From contig JAFTUH010000044.1 of assembly GCA_017466375.1 (NCBI GenBank), positions 13,972 to 77,971 on the forward strand: 64,000 bases of DNA, in the 5' to 3' direction. A model generated the notes under the pieces. It had not been told where the DNA came from. It saw only the letters and a program-made list of their open reading frames with translations, and made no database searches. The translations under genes and the position numbers were made by a program. Of the stretch, positions 17,842 to 27,212 are shown piece after piece. Within the stretch, counting starts at the first letter, position 1; every line of letters starts with the position of its first letter. The stretch comes from Clostridia bacterium. GTDB lineage: Bacteria; Bacillota; Clostridia; Oscillospirales; CAG-272.

Positions 17842-19977
17842 TTGACCGAACGAATCAAGCGAATGGTCGATCACATTCTTAAAGAGACAATCTACCCGCC
17901 GGCTGTGGAGATCGAGTACGATCGCGCCGATTTTCTGCTGACGGATACGCACCGCGAAACAAAGCGGCTGTGTGAATACATCCTTGCGCAGCCGATCCGT
18001 ATCCCCGAAGAAGCCCGTCTCGCGGGAATGTTAAAATTCGGTAAATTCCCGTATCCTGCTGATTTCATGTCCAAGCACGGCATGCGGTACGCGGGAGATC
18101 TGTTTGCCCATTTCCGGTCGTACAACAACGCCAATCCACCGTTTGAGGATTTCAAGTTCTGGGAGTGGCAGCACGCGACTGCTGACTATAAAAAATTCAT
18201 CGAACTCGGCACGGAGGGCATCAAGGAACAAATCGCGCTTTCCCTCAGAAAGCACGGAGGAGATGCCGAAAAGACGGAATTTCTGCTCGCCTGCCGTATG
18301 CTTTGCGACGCGATCGCGGACAGGGCAGACAATTATGCCGAAAAGTGTATCGCCATGGCGGACGAAGCGGACGCAGACAGACGGGCGGAGCTTCTGCGAC
18401 TTTCGGATATCCTCCACCGTGTTCCCCGCTATCCGGCTCGCAATTTTTATGAGGCTGTACAGTGTCTCTATTTCTGTTTTGATTTTCTGCCTGACAGTCT
18501 CGGTCTGCCCGACCGCTGGCTTTATAAATATTACCGGCAGGATATCGGCAGCGGTACGATTACGGAGGATTTTGCCAAAGAGCTTCTGCAGGAGCTTTAC
18601 ATCAAGATTCAGAGCTACACGCCGCTGGACGGTCATTTTTACCGCGGCGGACAGTGCAATTTCTCCCTCGGAGGCTATACAGTGGACGGCGAGGACGGCT
18701 ACAACGATTTCTCCGAGCTGCTGCTCACGTCCCTGCTCGATCTTCCCCTGTACATTCCCGAGGTGACGTTCCGATGGACGAAAAAGACACCGACGGCACT
18801 TCTCTCGCATATACTGGATCTTTCGCGCAAAGATAAAAACGGACGGATCGCCTTTGTCAGCGACGAGGCAAAAATCCCGCTGATGACCGAACTGTGCGAA
18901 ATCCCGTGGGAGGAGGCTGTCGAATACGTCACGGTCGGGTGCAACGCAATCGCCCTCTCCGGCGGTATGATGTACAGCTCCGGTCACGCAAATCTGACAA
19001 AGGCACTCCATGACACGCTGTATACAGAAAGAGATTCCATTCTCAAGGCGGACACCTTTGAGGCGTTCAGGACAATCTTTGAGAAGCATCTGCGCAGACT
19101 GCTGGAGCGGAATATCGAGGTCGGCGACAAATTCGTAACGCACGCCGCACGGGACGAATGTGTGTTAGGCAGTCTGTTCATGCGCGGCTGCATCGAAAGC
19201 GGTATCTCGATGACAAAAGGCGGTGCAATCGGCTTTGCGGATTTTCCAGGCGACGGACTTATGTGCACGATTGATTCCCTCGCAGTCATCCGTCAGTTCG
19301 TATACGACGAAAAAACGGTTACGGCAGAAGTGCTATTGGACGCACTTGAACACAACTGGGAGGGACACGAAGATCTCCGGCAGATGATCCTCAAACAGGC
19401 GAAATTCTTCGGCAACGACGACGAAGAAACAAACGAAATCGCCAGGTGGATCACGACGTACGTTGCCACGTTTGCCAAAAAACGGACAGATGCGCTCGGA
19501 AAGCATTTCATCGGCATTATCGCACCTGGTTACGGCGATTACAACACGTATTTCGGGCGTGTCACCGGTGCAACTCCCGACGGAAGATATGCAGGAGAAT
19601 CGTTCGGCGTAATCGGTGCCGGACAGACGGGCGGCAAGGACAGAAACGGGCTGACCGCCCTGCTCAATTCCGTCGCAAAATACGATCCGATGCATTTCTA
19701 CAGCGGGATTACCGTAACAAACGTGAATCTGGATGCACCGCTTCTGTATGACGATGCGCACTTCCCGAAAACGGTAAAGCTGATCGAAACGTATCTGGCA
19801 AACGGAGGGGCACAGCTGCAGCTCAACACGGTCAATGCTGAGGAGCTACTTGATGCCAAAGAACACCCCGATAACTACAAAAATCTCCGCGTGCGCGTCA
19901 GCGGTTATTCGGATTTTTTCACCCGCATGGAGGAAGAGCGGCAGGACAACATCATCGCACGGACAATTCTGAAATAG
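17842..19977 (+). CDS. Glycyl-radical enzyme (PFL2-like family), substrate unknown
   Basis: C-terminal LRVRVSGYS glycyl-radical loop, GATPDGR, FFGNDD, Cys loop YVTVGCNA. TTG start with GGAGG RBS. Confidence 0.9.
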   Translation: MTERIKRMVDHILKETIYPPAVEIEYDRADFLLTDTHRETKRLCEYILAQPIRIPEEARLAGMLKFGKFPYPADFMSKHGMRYAGDLFAHFRSYNNANPPFEDFKFWEWQHATADYKKFIELGTEGIKEQIALSLRKHGGDAEKTEFLLACRMLCDAIADRADNYAEKCIAMADEADADRRAELLRLSDILHRVPRYPARNFYEAVQCLYFCFDFLPDSLGLPDRWLYKYYRQDIGSGTITEDFAKELLQELYIKIQSYTPLDGHFYRGGQCNFSLGGYTVDGEDGYNDFSELLLTSLLDLPLYIPEVTFRWTKKTPTALLSHILDLSRKDKNGRIAFVSDEAKIPLMTELCEIPWEEAVEYVTVGCNAIALSGGMMYSSGHANLTKALHDTLYTERDSILKADTFEAFRTIFEKHLRRLLERNIEVGDKFVTHAARDECVLGSLFMRGCIESGISMTKGGAIGFADFPGDGLMCTIDSLAVIRQFVYDEKTVTAEVLLDALEHNWEGHEDLRQMILKQAKFFGNDDEETNEIARWITTYVATFAKKRTDALGKHFIGIIAPGYGDYNTYFGRVTGATPDGRYAGESFGVIGAGQTGGKDRNGLTALLNSVAKYDPMHFYSGITVTNVNLDAPLLYDDAHFPKTVKLIETYLANGGAQLQLNTVNAEELLDAKEHPDNYKNLRVRVSGYSDFFTRMEEERQDNIIARTILK

Positions 19978-19982
19978 GAAAC

Positions 19983-20010
19983 AAAAAACGGGCTGTATGC
20001 CCGTTTTCTT
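19983..20010. terminator. Intrinsic terminator between GRE and cysK
   Basis: AAAACGGGC-tgtat-GCCCGTTTT. Confidence 0.65.
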
Positions 20011-20932
20011 ATTGATACAGTTCCGTAGACAAATACCGATCGCCCGCATCGGGACAGAGCGCGACAACGCGCTTCCCTGCCATATCGGGACGTGCGGCGA
20101 TTACGGCGGCAGCATGCAAAGCCGCGCCCGAGGAGATACCGAGCAAAATTCCGTCCCGCTTTGCAACCTCGCGTGCGGCTTCATACGCCTCCTCCGCGGA
20201 TACGGGAAGCACCTCATCCAGAACGGACGTATCCAGCACATCCGGCACAAATCCGGCACCGATTCCCTGCAGTTTATGCGCGCCCGGTTTGCCTCCCGTA
20301 AGAACGGCAGATGTATCCGGCTCGACACCGATGATGCGGACAGCGGAATTTTTTTCTTTCAGATACCGACCAACGCCCGTGATCGTACCGCCCGTGCCGA
20401 CACCGGCAACAAATGCGGCGATCTCCCCTGCCGTATCCTCCCAAATCTCGGGACCGGTCGTCTCGTAATGCGCCCGTGCATTCGCCGGATTGCCGAACTG
20501 ATCGGGGATAAAGCTGTTCGGAATCCCGGCGGCGAGCTCTTTCGCTTTCGCTACCGATCCGGTCATGCCTTCCGCGCCGGGTGTGAGGACAAGCTGTGCT
20601 CCGTACGCGGCGAGCAGGGTGCGGCGCTCCGCGCTCATTGTCTCGGGCATCGTGAGGATCACGCGGTAACCGCGGGCGGCTGAAACGGCGGCAAGTCCGA
20701 TTCCCGTATTGCCGCTGGTCGGTTCGATGATCGTGGCTCCCGGCTTCAGAATCCCGCGTGCCTCCGCGTCATCGATCATGGCACGTGCCACGCGATCCTT
20801 TGCACTGCCTGCCGGATTGAACGATTCCAGCTTGGCGGCGATCGGCAAAGCGATCCCGCGTGCTTTGGAAAATCCGCCGAGTGCAACCAAAGGCGTGCCG
20901 CCGATCAATGTTTCAAAAGAAGAATGAATCAT
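20009..20932 (-). CDS. cysK: Cysteine synthase A
   Basis: KLESFNPAGSAKDR, EPTSGNTGIGLA, GVGTGGT, HKLQGIGAG, GDRYLST. Start MIHSSF after GAGAGG. Confidence 0.95.
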   Translation of the reverse strand: MIHSSFETLIGGTPLVALGGFSKARGIALPIAAKLESFNPAGSAKDRVARAMIDDAEARGILKPGATIIEPTSGNTGIGLAAVSAARGYRVILTMPETMSAERRTLLAAYGAQLVLTPGAEGMTGSVAKAKELAAGIPNSFIPDQFGNPANARAHYETTGPEIWEDTAGEIAAFVAGVGTGGTITGVGRYLKEKNSAVRIIGVEPDTSAVLTGGKPGAHKLQGIGAGFVPDVLDTSVLDEVLPVSAEEAYEAAREVAKRDGILLGISSGAALHAAAVIAARPDMAGKRVVALCPDAGDRYLSTELYQ

Positions 20933-20976
20933 ACGAAAAACCTCTCGTAAAGCATAATTTTCAAAATCCGTTAGCC

Positions 20977-21005
20977 GCATAAATCCGGCCGTATGCGGCA
21001 TACTA
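20977..21005 (+). promoter_or_regulatory. Putative sporulation sigma-G/F-type promoter
   Basis: GCATA-N17-CATACTA resembles the forespore sigma-G consensus; overlaps an 8-bp inverted repeat GCCGCATA...TATGCGGC. Confidence 0.5.
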
Positions 21006-21113
21006 CTACCGTACCCTTTGTGAGGCAACCACACGGCGGGATTCCGCCAAAAACGTCGGTTCCTTCCCCGGAATCCGTCGGACAAAAACGTGGGGAGAAA
21101 GCATCACACGCAC

Positions 21114-21248
21114 ATGAACAACCAGAATCAGAACAACAACAACCAGAACAAAGCGCAGAATCAGAACCAGAATCAGAACCAGAACAAGGCACAGAACAAC
21201 CAGAATCAGAACAATAACCAGAACAAGGCGCAGAACAACAATCACTAA
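21114..21248 (+). CDS. 44-aa Asn/Gln-rich repeat micropeptide
   Basis: MNNQNQNNNNQNKAQNQNQNQNQNKAQNNQNQNNNQNKAQNNNH*. Synonymous variation between repeats (AAC/AAT, AAA/AAG, GCG/GCA); terminator follows. Confidence 0.65.
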   Translation: MNNQNQNNNNQNKAQNQNQNQNQNKAQNNQNQNNNQNKAQNNNH

Positions 21249-21272
21249 ATAAGCGACCTGCACATGGGTACC

Positions 21273-21298
21273 AAAAGCCACGCTCGCCGTGGCTTTTG
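21273..21298 (+). terminator. Intrinsic terminator after the micropeptide
   Basis: AAAAGCCACG-ctcgc-CGTGGCTTTT. Confidence 0.7.
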
Positions 21299-21427
21299 TC
21301 ATGCGCACAAAATTTCCGATTGACCTTGATTTATCCGCCGATCTGTGGTATAATACGATTCGGCAAGCGGTACAGTATCAGTATACCGCATATTCTTTGC
21401 CAAATGATGAACACAGCAAAAAAATCC

Positions 21428-21502
21428 GTCCCCATAGTTAAACGGATATAACAAACCCCTCCTAAGGGTTAGTTAGAGGTTCGATTCCCCTTGGGGACGC
21501 CA
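21428..21502 (+). tRNA. tRNA-Arg(CCT)
   Basis: Acceptor GTCCCCA/TGGGGAC, anticodon arm AACCC-CTCCTAA-GGGTT, GGTTCGATTCC, CCA end. Promoter TTGATT-N17-TATAAT at 21326-21354. Confidence 0.95.
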
Positions 21503-21591
21503 AAAGGCAGGACATGTCCTGCCTTTTTTGTTTTTCTCCATGCGCTTTTTCGCTGAATTTTCACACATCGTGTCCGCTTCGCGCCGAATAT

Positions 21592-22146
21592 TCAACTGAC
21601 AAGACGGCGGAGGATGGTGCTTAGCGGCAGAATCAGCAGTCCCACGCAGAAATTCCCGACAGTGTGAACAAGATCAAACGGAATCCCCGCCGCGATCCAC
21701 GCGAGCATGGCGGACAGATCCATCTTTGCAATGATTGCCCATGCGGGTGCGTACAGTGCGCCGAACGCGAGCCCGTGGAGTGCACAGACAACGGGATACA
21801 CAACCGCCGAAACGGAACGCGGCATATTTTTCGGCAGGAGCATCGTGACGCCCCAAAGAACCGTCCATATGTAAAGATACGGCATCCACCACACGTTGAA
21901 TCCGGCATACAGCCCGTTCAGAAGCACGTACAGATAAATCGGGATCAGCGCTTTTTTACGGAAGACAATCGTATACGTTACCGTGAGCATTCCGAGCAGG
22001 TGAATGTTCGGCAGCGCCTCCATCACGATTTTCGAGACGAACATAACCGCAGCGAGCATCGCAAAAATGACCATCTCCCGTATCCGTCGGGTGCGGATTT
22101 CCACCGCCCTCTGCGGTCGCGGATTACTTGGAGTAGACGAGTTCAT
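21592..22146 (-). CDS. ECF-transporter S-component-like membrane protein (CbrT-like, probable cobalamin uptake)
   Basis: Multi-TM protein with the LPNIHL motif and AGIPFDLVH..GNF; lies downstream of DUF4430 under a B12 riboswitch. Confidence 0.7.
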   Translation of the reverse strand: MNSSTPSNPRPQRAVEIRTRRIREMVIFAMLAAVMFVSKIVMEALPNIHLLGMLTVTYTIVFRKKALIPIYLYVLLNGLYAGFNVWWMPYLYIWTVLWGVTMLLPKNMPRSVSAVVYPVVCALHGLAFGALYAPAWAIIAKMDLSAMLAWIAAGIPFDLVHTVGNFCVGLLILPLSTILRRLVS

Positions 22147-22549
22147 ACGCGTCGCCGTCAGCGATCACGGTGGAATCCACGCCAGTCATCATGTACTCGC
22201 CGCCTTTATAGAAGCCCCAGTAGCTCTGATCGACGTCGTAATCGGCGGTGATGCCGTTGACCTGCTTGATATAGAGGCCGAACTCGCTGTCCTCACCCGC
22301 GATCAGCCCGTGTGCGAGCAGTGCCTCACCGAGCGTTTCGGCATCGGTGTGGATCGTGAAGGTGATTGCCTTCTCCCCCGCTTTCACCTGTACGGTGACG
22401 GTCTTAGCGCCCTCGCCGAATTCGGTATCGGTCTGATACGCGGCATTCTCCCAGAGTCCCTCCGGCTTTTCCTCTCCGCAGGCAGTGAAGGAGAAGAGGC
22501 ATACAAATACGAGGACGAGAGCAATTACGGAATACGCAGTTTTTTTCAT
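22124..22549 (-). CDS. DUF4430 (transcobalamin-like C-terminal domain) lipoprotein
   Basis: Lipobox FTAC; FGLYIKQVNGI...YWGFYKGGEYMMTGVD signature. Confidence 0.8.
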   Translation of the reverse strand: MKKTAYSVIALVLVFVCLFSFTACGEEKPEGLWENAAYQTDTEFGEGAKTVTVQVKAGEKAITFTIHTDAETLGEALLAHGLIAGEDSEFGLYIKQVNGITADYDVDQSYWGFYKGGEYMMTGVDSTVIADGDAYELVYSK

Positions 22550-22707
22550 GGTTTGATTTCCTTTCGTTTTGTAAAATCCACAAAAGGATAAAACAAAAGC
22601 ACCCTTCCACGGGTGCGGATCGGTACGGCGAAAAAGGATACCCTGCCCGTATCCTGCCGTCCTCCCTGCTCTCCCGCTTTGCCCAAGAGCCTTCTGTGAG
22701 GCACAGA

Positions 22708-22830
22708 CCGATAAGCATTCCGACTTGAGAAGCATCGCTTCAGTTACGGTAATGGCTGTTGCCGCGGATTTGCACCGCGATTTCCTTATCCCCGAACGGA
22801 TCACTCCGCCCGATTGCCGGGGAATCCCCC
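22708..22830 (-). promoter_or_regulatory. Cobalamin riboswitch
   Basis: Minus strand AAGGAAATCGCGGTGCAAATCCGCGGCAACAGCCATTACCGTAA...AAGTCGGAATGCTT resembles the B12-box architecture; lies upstream of DUF4430/ECF-S. Confidence 0.8.
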
Positions 22831-23073
22831 GACCGATCTGCGTTTATTCTTTTATGCACTGATATTGTACCACATTTCCCCCCGCTATGCAAGGGGATTT
22901 GAAAAAATCGCCGCGGCCGTATACCGTTGTGTTTCAGCACAAAATCAGATGACGCTTTTTATGGAAAATGCACATCCTGTTTCCAACAATATTCAATTGC
23001 ATTTCGTTGTATGTTGTATTATAATGATATTACAGTTGTTCAAATTACTCGTCCGAAAGGAGTTGATCCGAAA

Positions 23074-23928
23074 ATGCCGCCGCTTCGCGAAAAGCCGGTA
23101 ACCAATCAGCGGTTGAAACCGATAAACCCCGTCGTTTGCGGATACCACTCCTGTGACAAATCCCATCCGTTCGGCCCTGCAACGAGACATTTTTGGCTTT
23201 TGCATTTTGTTGTATCCGGATACGGTTCTTTTCAGACCGCACGCGGAACGTACAAGGTAGGACCGGGCGACGTATTCATCATTCGTCCGTATGATATCAC
23301 GTACTACGTTTCCGACAAGGATGATCCGTGGACGTATCTCTGGATCGGATTCACCTCTGATATTCCTCTGCCGCATCCGATTGTGTCGGCGGATATGATT
23401 CACGCACCATATCTTCAAAAGCTGTTCACCAACGCATTTGAAACGAATCTGTTTGAAAAAACGAATCCGATGGCGGGCGCGTACGAGCACTACCTGTGCG
23501 GCATTCTCTGGCAGATCTTCGGACTCCTCATGCGCGACAACGTGAGCACGAAGTCCGCGGCCGAAAACTACGTCCGTGCCGCGATCAGTATCATTGAGGC
23601 GGAGTATTCCACCGATTTGAACGTCTCCTCCATCGCGGAGCGTCTGCACCTCAACCGCAGCTATTTTTCGGAGATTTTCCGACAGATCACAGGCATATCT
23701 CCGCATAAATATCTGACCGATTACCGCATGCGGTGTGCGGAAGAGCTGCTTACAACACACAAGTGCAACGTAACTGTCACGGCACACTCCGTCGGATATC
23801 CGGATGTATTCGCGTTCTCCCGTGCGTACAAGCATCATTTCGGGCACGCGCCGACACAGCCGCCTCCGGAAAACGCCGCACAGCAAAAGGTCAAAGACGA
23901 GCTTCCGTTCAAAATTGAAACAGAATAA
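23074..23928 (+). CDS. AraC-family regulator with cupin N-domain
   Basis: FWLLHFVVSGYG...PWTYLWIGF cupin domain; HTH VGYPDVFAFSRAYK; AAGGAG RBS. Confidence 0.9.
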   Translation: MPPLREKPVTNQRLKPINPVVCGYHSCDKSHPFGPATRHFWLLHFVVSGYGSFQTARGTYKVGPGDVFIIRPYDITYYVSDKDDPWTYLWIGFTSDIPLPHPIVSADMIHAPYLQKLFTNAFETNLFEKTNPMAGAYEHYLCGILWQIFGLLMRDNVSTKSAAENYVRAAISIIEAEYSTDLNVSSIAERLHLNRSYFSEIFRQITGISPHKYLTDYRMRCAEELLTTHKCNVTVTAHSVGYPDVFAFSRAYKHHFGHAPTQPPPENAAQQKVKDELPFKIETE

Positions 23929-23969
23929 GCCAAAACAGCACCTCCGGATTCGGAAGTGCTGCTTTTTTA

Positions 23970-25724
23970 TCAGAATATCGGCTTGTCATCAAAACGGACT
24001 GCCGCATCGGAACAACCGTCCGTTTCAAAGACGATGATCTCGTTTTCGCCCTCACGAAGCACGGCTGCGGGGACATACAGCGATTTCTGCGGTCCTGCAG
24101 GATTGTAGTACCGACCGAGGTTGAAACCGTTGACGGTGACGAATCCTTTCGTAAACCCGTCCGCGCGTACGAACGTATCGCACGGCTCGCCGTCGATTGT
24201 GAACGTACCGCGGTAGAATGCAGGATTCCCGTCCGCCGTATCTCCGTAAGCAAGGCGGCACAGACTCTCCATCGTCAAAGGATACATCTCCCACCCGAAA
24301 TGGAACTGCCGTCCGATGCGAACACCGCCGATAATGCCTTTGCGATCCATGAGCAGCGGACCGTAGTTGACACGTCCCATATTCTCGACGAGAATATCAA
24401 GCTGTGCCGTCTCACCGGCTTCCAGCGACAGCGTGATCGGATCCTCACGCCTGGTGCGCTCCCATACGCCAAGGCGATTCCCGTTCAAAAAGAAGATCGA
24501 GCGGTCGTGGATTGTCGCCTTGAGCGGCATATCGTGGAACGGACCGCGGAGCGTCGTACGGTAGAGAATGTAGCCGAAATCCTGTCCGACTTCCTCCATC
24601 GTTTTCGGATTCGCTGCCTGCGTGGGCACGGTAAGATTCACGAGATTTTCAAACAGATCGGCGCACGCGGTAAGTTTGACCTCGCCGTACGATGCCTTCG
24701 GTGAATCGTGCACCTCGATATCGGGCGCTTTTTTGCCTGTTTTCTGCTCGATGAATTCCTTGACAGCGTAATAATTCGGCGTCATATCGCCCGCCTCGTT
24801 CAAGGGCGCGGTATAGTCGTAACTCGTGACCGTCGGCTGATAGAGCGTTTCGGTATGATTCGCGCCGTTGGTAAAGCCGAAATTCGTTCCGCCGTGGAAC
24901 ATATAAAAATTGAACGATGCGCCGAGATCGAACATATCGCCGAGATTCGCGAGAATATCATCGGGAGCGCGCTGGACGTAGTGATCCTCGTACCAATGCT
25001 CGAACCAACCGCACCAATATTCGGCGCACATCAGCGGACGGTCGGGCTGGAAATCCTGCAGAAGCAGCAGCTTCTCTTTGGCCTTGCTGCCGAAATTCGC
25101 CGTTTCGAGCACCTCGGGCAGCGATCCGCCGGCGAGCATCCACTCCTCATACGGTCCGTCAGAGGTAAACAGCATACAATCGATCCCACAGTCCTTGTAA
25201 ATCTCAACAATCCGGCGCAGATAATCCTTATCGTTTCCGTAGCTGCCGTACTCGTTTTCCACCTGCACCATGATAACGTTGCCGCCGTTGGTGCAGAGAT
25301 GCGGACGGATGCGGGCAAGCAGCTCCTTGAAATACGGTTCTACCTTGGAGAGATACAACGGATCGTTACAGCGGAGATGGATATTCGGATAGGAAAGCAG
25401 CCACGACGGGAATCCACCGAATTCCCACTCCGCGCAGATATACGGACCCGGACGGAGAATCACGTTCAGATCAAGCGATGCGGCAATAGAGATAAAGCGT
25501 TCGATATCGAGCATGCCGGAAAAATCAAACTGCCCTTCCCGTCTCTCATGCAAATTCCACGCGGTGTATGTTTCCACCGTATTAAATCCGCACGCCTTCA
25601 GCTTTTTCAGCCGATCCTTCCATGAATCGGGATGAATACGGAAATAGTGCATCGCGCCGGAGATGACCGTATACGGCTCTCCGTTCAGGAGAAATCGGTC
25701 ATTATCGTAAGTGAACGTTTTCAT
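23970..25724 (-). CDS. GH35 beta-galactosidase
   Basis: SGAMHYFRI, RPGPYICAEWEFGG, QVENEYGSY, AEYWCGWF, YMFHGGTNFG, TSYDY. Confidence 0.95.
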   Translation of the reverse strand: MKTFTYDNDRFLLNGEPYTVISGAMHYFRIHPDSWKDRLKKLKACGFNTVETYTAWNLHERREGQFDFSGMLDIERFISIAASLDLNVILRPGPYICAEWEFGGFPSWLLSYPNIHLRCNDPLYLSKVEPYFKELLARIRPHLCTNGGNVIMVQVENEYGSYGNDKDYLRRIVEIYKDCGIDCMLFTSDGPYEEWMLAGGSLPEVLETANFGSKAKEKLLLLQDFQPDRPLMCAEYWCGWFEHWYEDHYVQRAPDDILANLGDMFDLGASFNFYMFHGGTNFGFTNGANHTETLYQPTVTSYDYTAPLNEAGDMTPNYYAVKEFIEQKTGKKAPDIEVHDSPKASYGEVKLTACADLFENLVNLTVPTQAANPKTMEEVGQDFGYILYRTTLRGPFHDMPLKATIHDRSIFFLNGNRLGVWERTRREDPITLSLEAGETAQLDILVENMGRVNYGPLLMDRKGIIGGVRIGRQFHFGWEMYPLTMESLCRLAYGDTADGNPAFYRGTFTIDGEPCDTFVRADGFTKGFVTVNGFNLGRYYNPAGPQKSLYVPAAVLREGENEIIVFETDGCSDAAVRFDDKPIF

Positions 25725-25835
25725 AACAGCACCTTTCTTTCCAATAAGTTAAGTATAGCAATTTCGCTGTACTATGTCAAGAAAAAAGCAGAAATATCAA
25801 CAAACGGACAACCTTTCGGCTGTCCGTTTGAATTA

Positions 25836-27212
25836 TCAGTGAATCTCGGGGAGGCTTGCTGCGGCGACGGACTGACCGACGCGGCGGCTGCTCTCATCCG
25901 GAATGTGGAGCTGGATCTTCTCGTTCAGCTCAGGGAATTCCTTCGCCAGAACTTCCTTCGCGCGGTCAAGCAGGATCACGCCGCCCTCGCCGGAGGTAAC
26001 GCGGCCCATGATGAGCACGTGCTTGATATCGTAGAACAGGGCGTAGTACGCGATCGTATAGCCAAAGTACACGCCGATCGTATCGTAAATCTTTGCGGCA
26101 CGGGGATCGCCCTCTGCCATCAGCCCCTGCACGACCTTCAGCTTCTCCGCCGGGGAGAGGTTCGGGTCGAGCTCGATGCCTGCAGCGGGAGCAAGCTTGA
26201 TAACTGCATCCTGCGAGAAATACTTGACGCCGCAGCCATAGTCGCCGGACCACTCATCGACCATTGCGTTCTTGGAAAAATCGCACGGAACGAATGCAAG
26301 CTCGTTGAGCCAGCCGGTGATATTGCCGACACCGTCTACGTATCCGCCTGCCTCACTTGTACCCATGGCGATACCGAGGACGTTGTTATCCTCGAGATCC
26401 ATCGCACCGGCAAGCGCGGTTACGTCACCGTCGTTTGCGACCTCCAGCGGCACGTCACCGAATTCCTTCGCAACATCGATGTACATATTCTTGCACTGTG
26501 CATCGAACTGATCCTTCGGCACCTTGAGGAACAGGGAGGCAACCATGATGCGGTTATCAACGTATACACCTGCGGAGGAAACGCCGATTGCGTCCACGCG
26601 GGGCATATGCTCGGCAGCGCTCTTCATAGCGGCAAGGATTCCGTCGTAGTGGTACTGCGGATCGCTGTTCGTCTTCGGGAACCAGACGACCTCCTCGCTG
26701 TACACGCTCTTACCGTCGATCACGGCACTGACCTTGCGGTCGCTTCCGCCTGCATCAAAGCCGATACGGCAACCGTCCAAATGACGTCCGACGGGCGTTG
26801 CGCTCTCGCTCGTCACGGGAGCATCCTTAATGTCGCGATGCTCAACCGTAACGGTCGTCTCATATACGCCGCTCATGAAATCGAAATCAAATGCGCGATC
26901 GCCCTCTGCTGTGTATGCCTTCGCCAGTCTGTCCGCGATGAGTTTGGAGCCTGCGATGATGATCTTATGACCGCCGCGGATCCACAGAAGGGACTTCACG
27001 ATACGCTCAACGAACTCGTAGTTCTCCTCATCGTGACCGGTGCCGTCTTTGTAAACGACCGTCTCAAACGCGCTGACGTAGCCCTTGTTTCTCTCGATAC
27101 CGATGACGAGCTTCTCGCCGCCTGCAGCCTTCGCCGCCGCGGTAAACTCACGGTAAACGAGCGCCATGGGGGTAAACTCTTTGTCCAGGATTGCTTCAAT
27201 TTTAAGCTTCAT
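25836..27212 (-). CDS. ROK-family protein (sugar kinase/regulator)
   Basis: GFDAGGSDRK, VANDGDVTALAG, GIAMGTSEAGG; start overlaps the end of nagA. Confidence 0.8.
   Translation of the reverse strand: MKLKIEAILDKEFTPMALVYREFTAAAKAAGGEKLVIGIERNKGYVSAFETVVYKDGTGHDEENYEFVERIVKSLLWIRGGHKIIIAGSKLIADRLAKAYTAEGDRAFDFDFMSGVYETTVTVEHRDIKDAPVTSESATPVGRHLDGCRIGFDAGGSDRKVSAVIDGKSVYSEEVVWFPKTNSDPQYHYDGILAAMKSAAEHMPRVDAIGVSSAGVYVDNRIMVASLFLKVPKDQFDAQCKNMYIDVAKEFGDVPLEVANDGDVTALAGAMDLEDNNVLGIAMGTSEAGGYVDGVGNITGWLNELAFVPCDFSKNAMVDEWSGDYGCGVKYFSQDAVIKLAPAAGIELDPNLSPAEKLKVVQGLMAEGDPRAAKIYDTIGVYFGYTIAYYALFYDIKHVLIMGRVTSGEGGVILLDRAKEVLAKEFPELNEKIQLHIPDESSRRVGQSVAAASLPEIH

Noticed and set aside
20993-21217. 74-aa PESEQ-repeat ORF and the reverse-strand LVLV ORF
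   Set aside because: These are alternative frames of the N/Q repeat. Substitutions are synonymous in the N/Q frame.
21114-21248. Possible CRISPR array or microsatellite
   Set aside because: No constant repeat with unique spacers; variation is codon-structured. No cas genes in the window.
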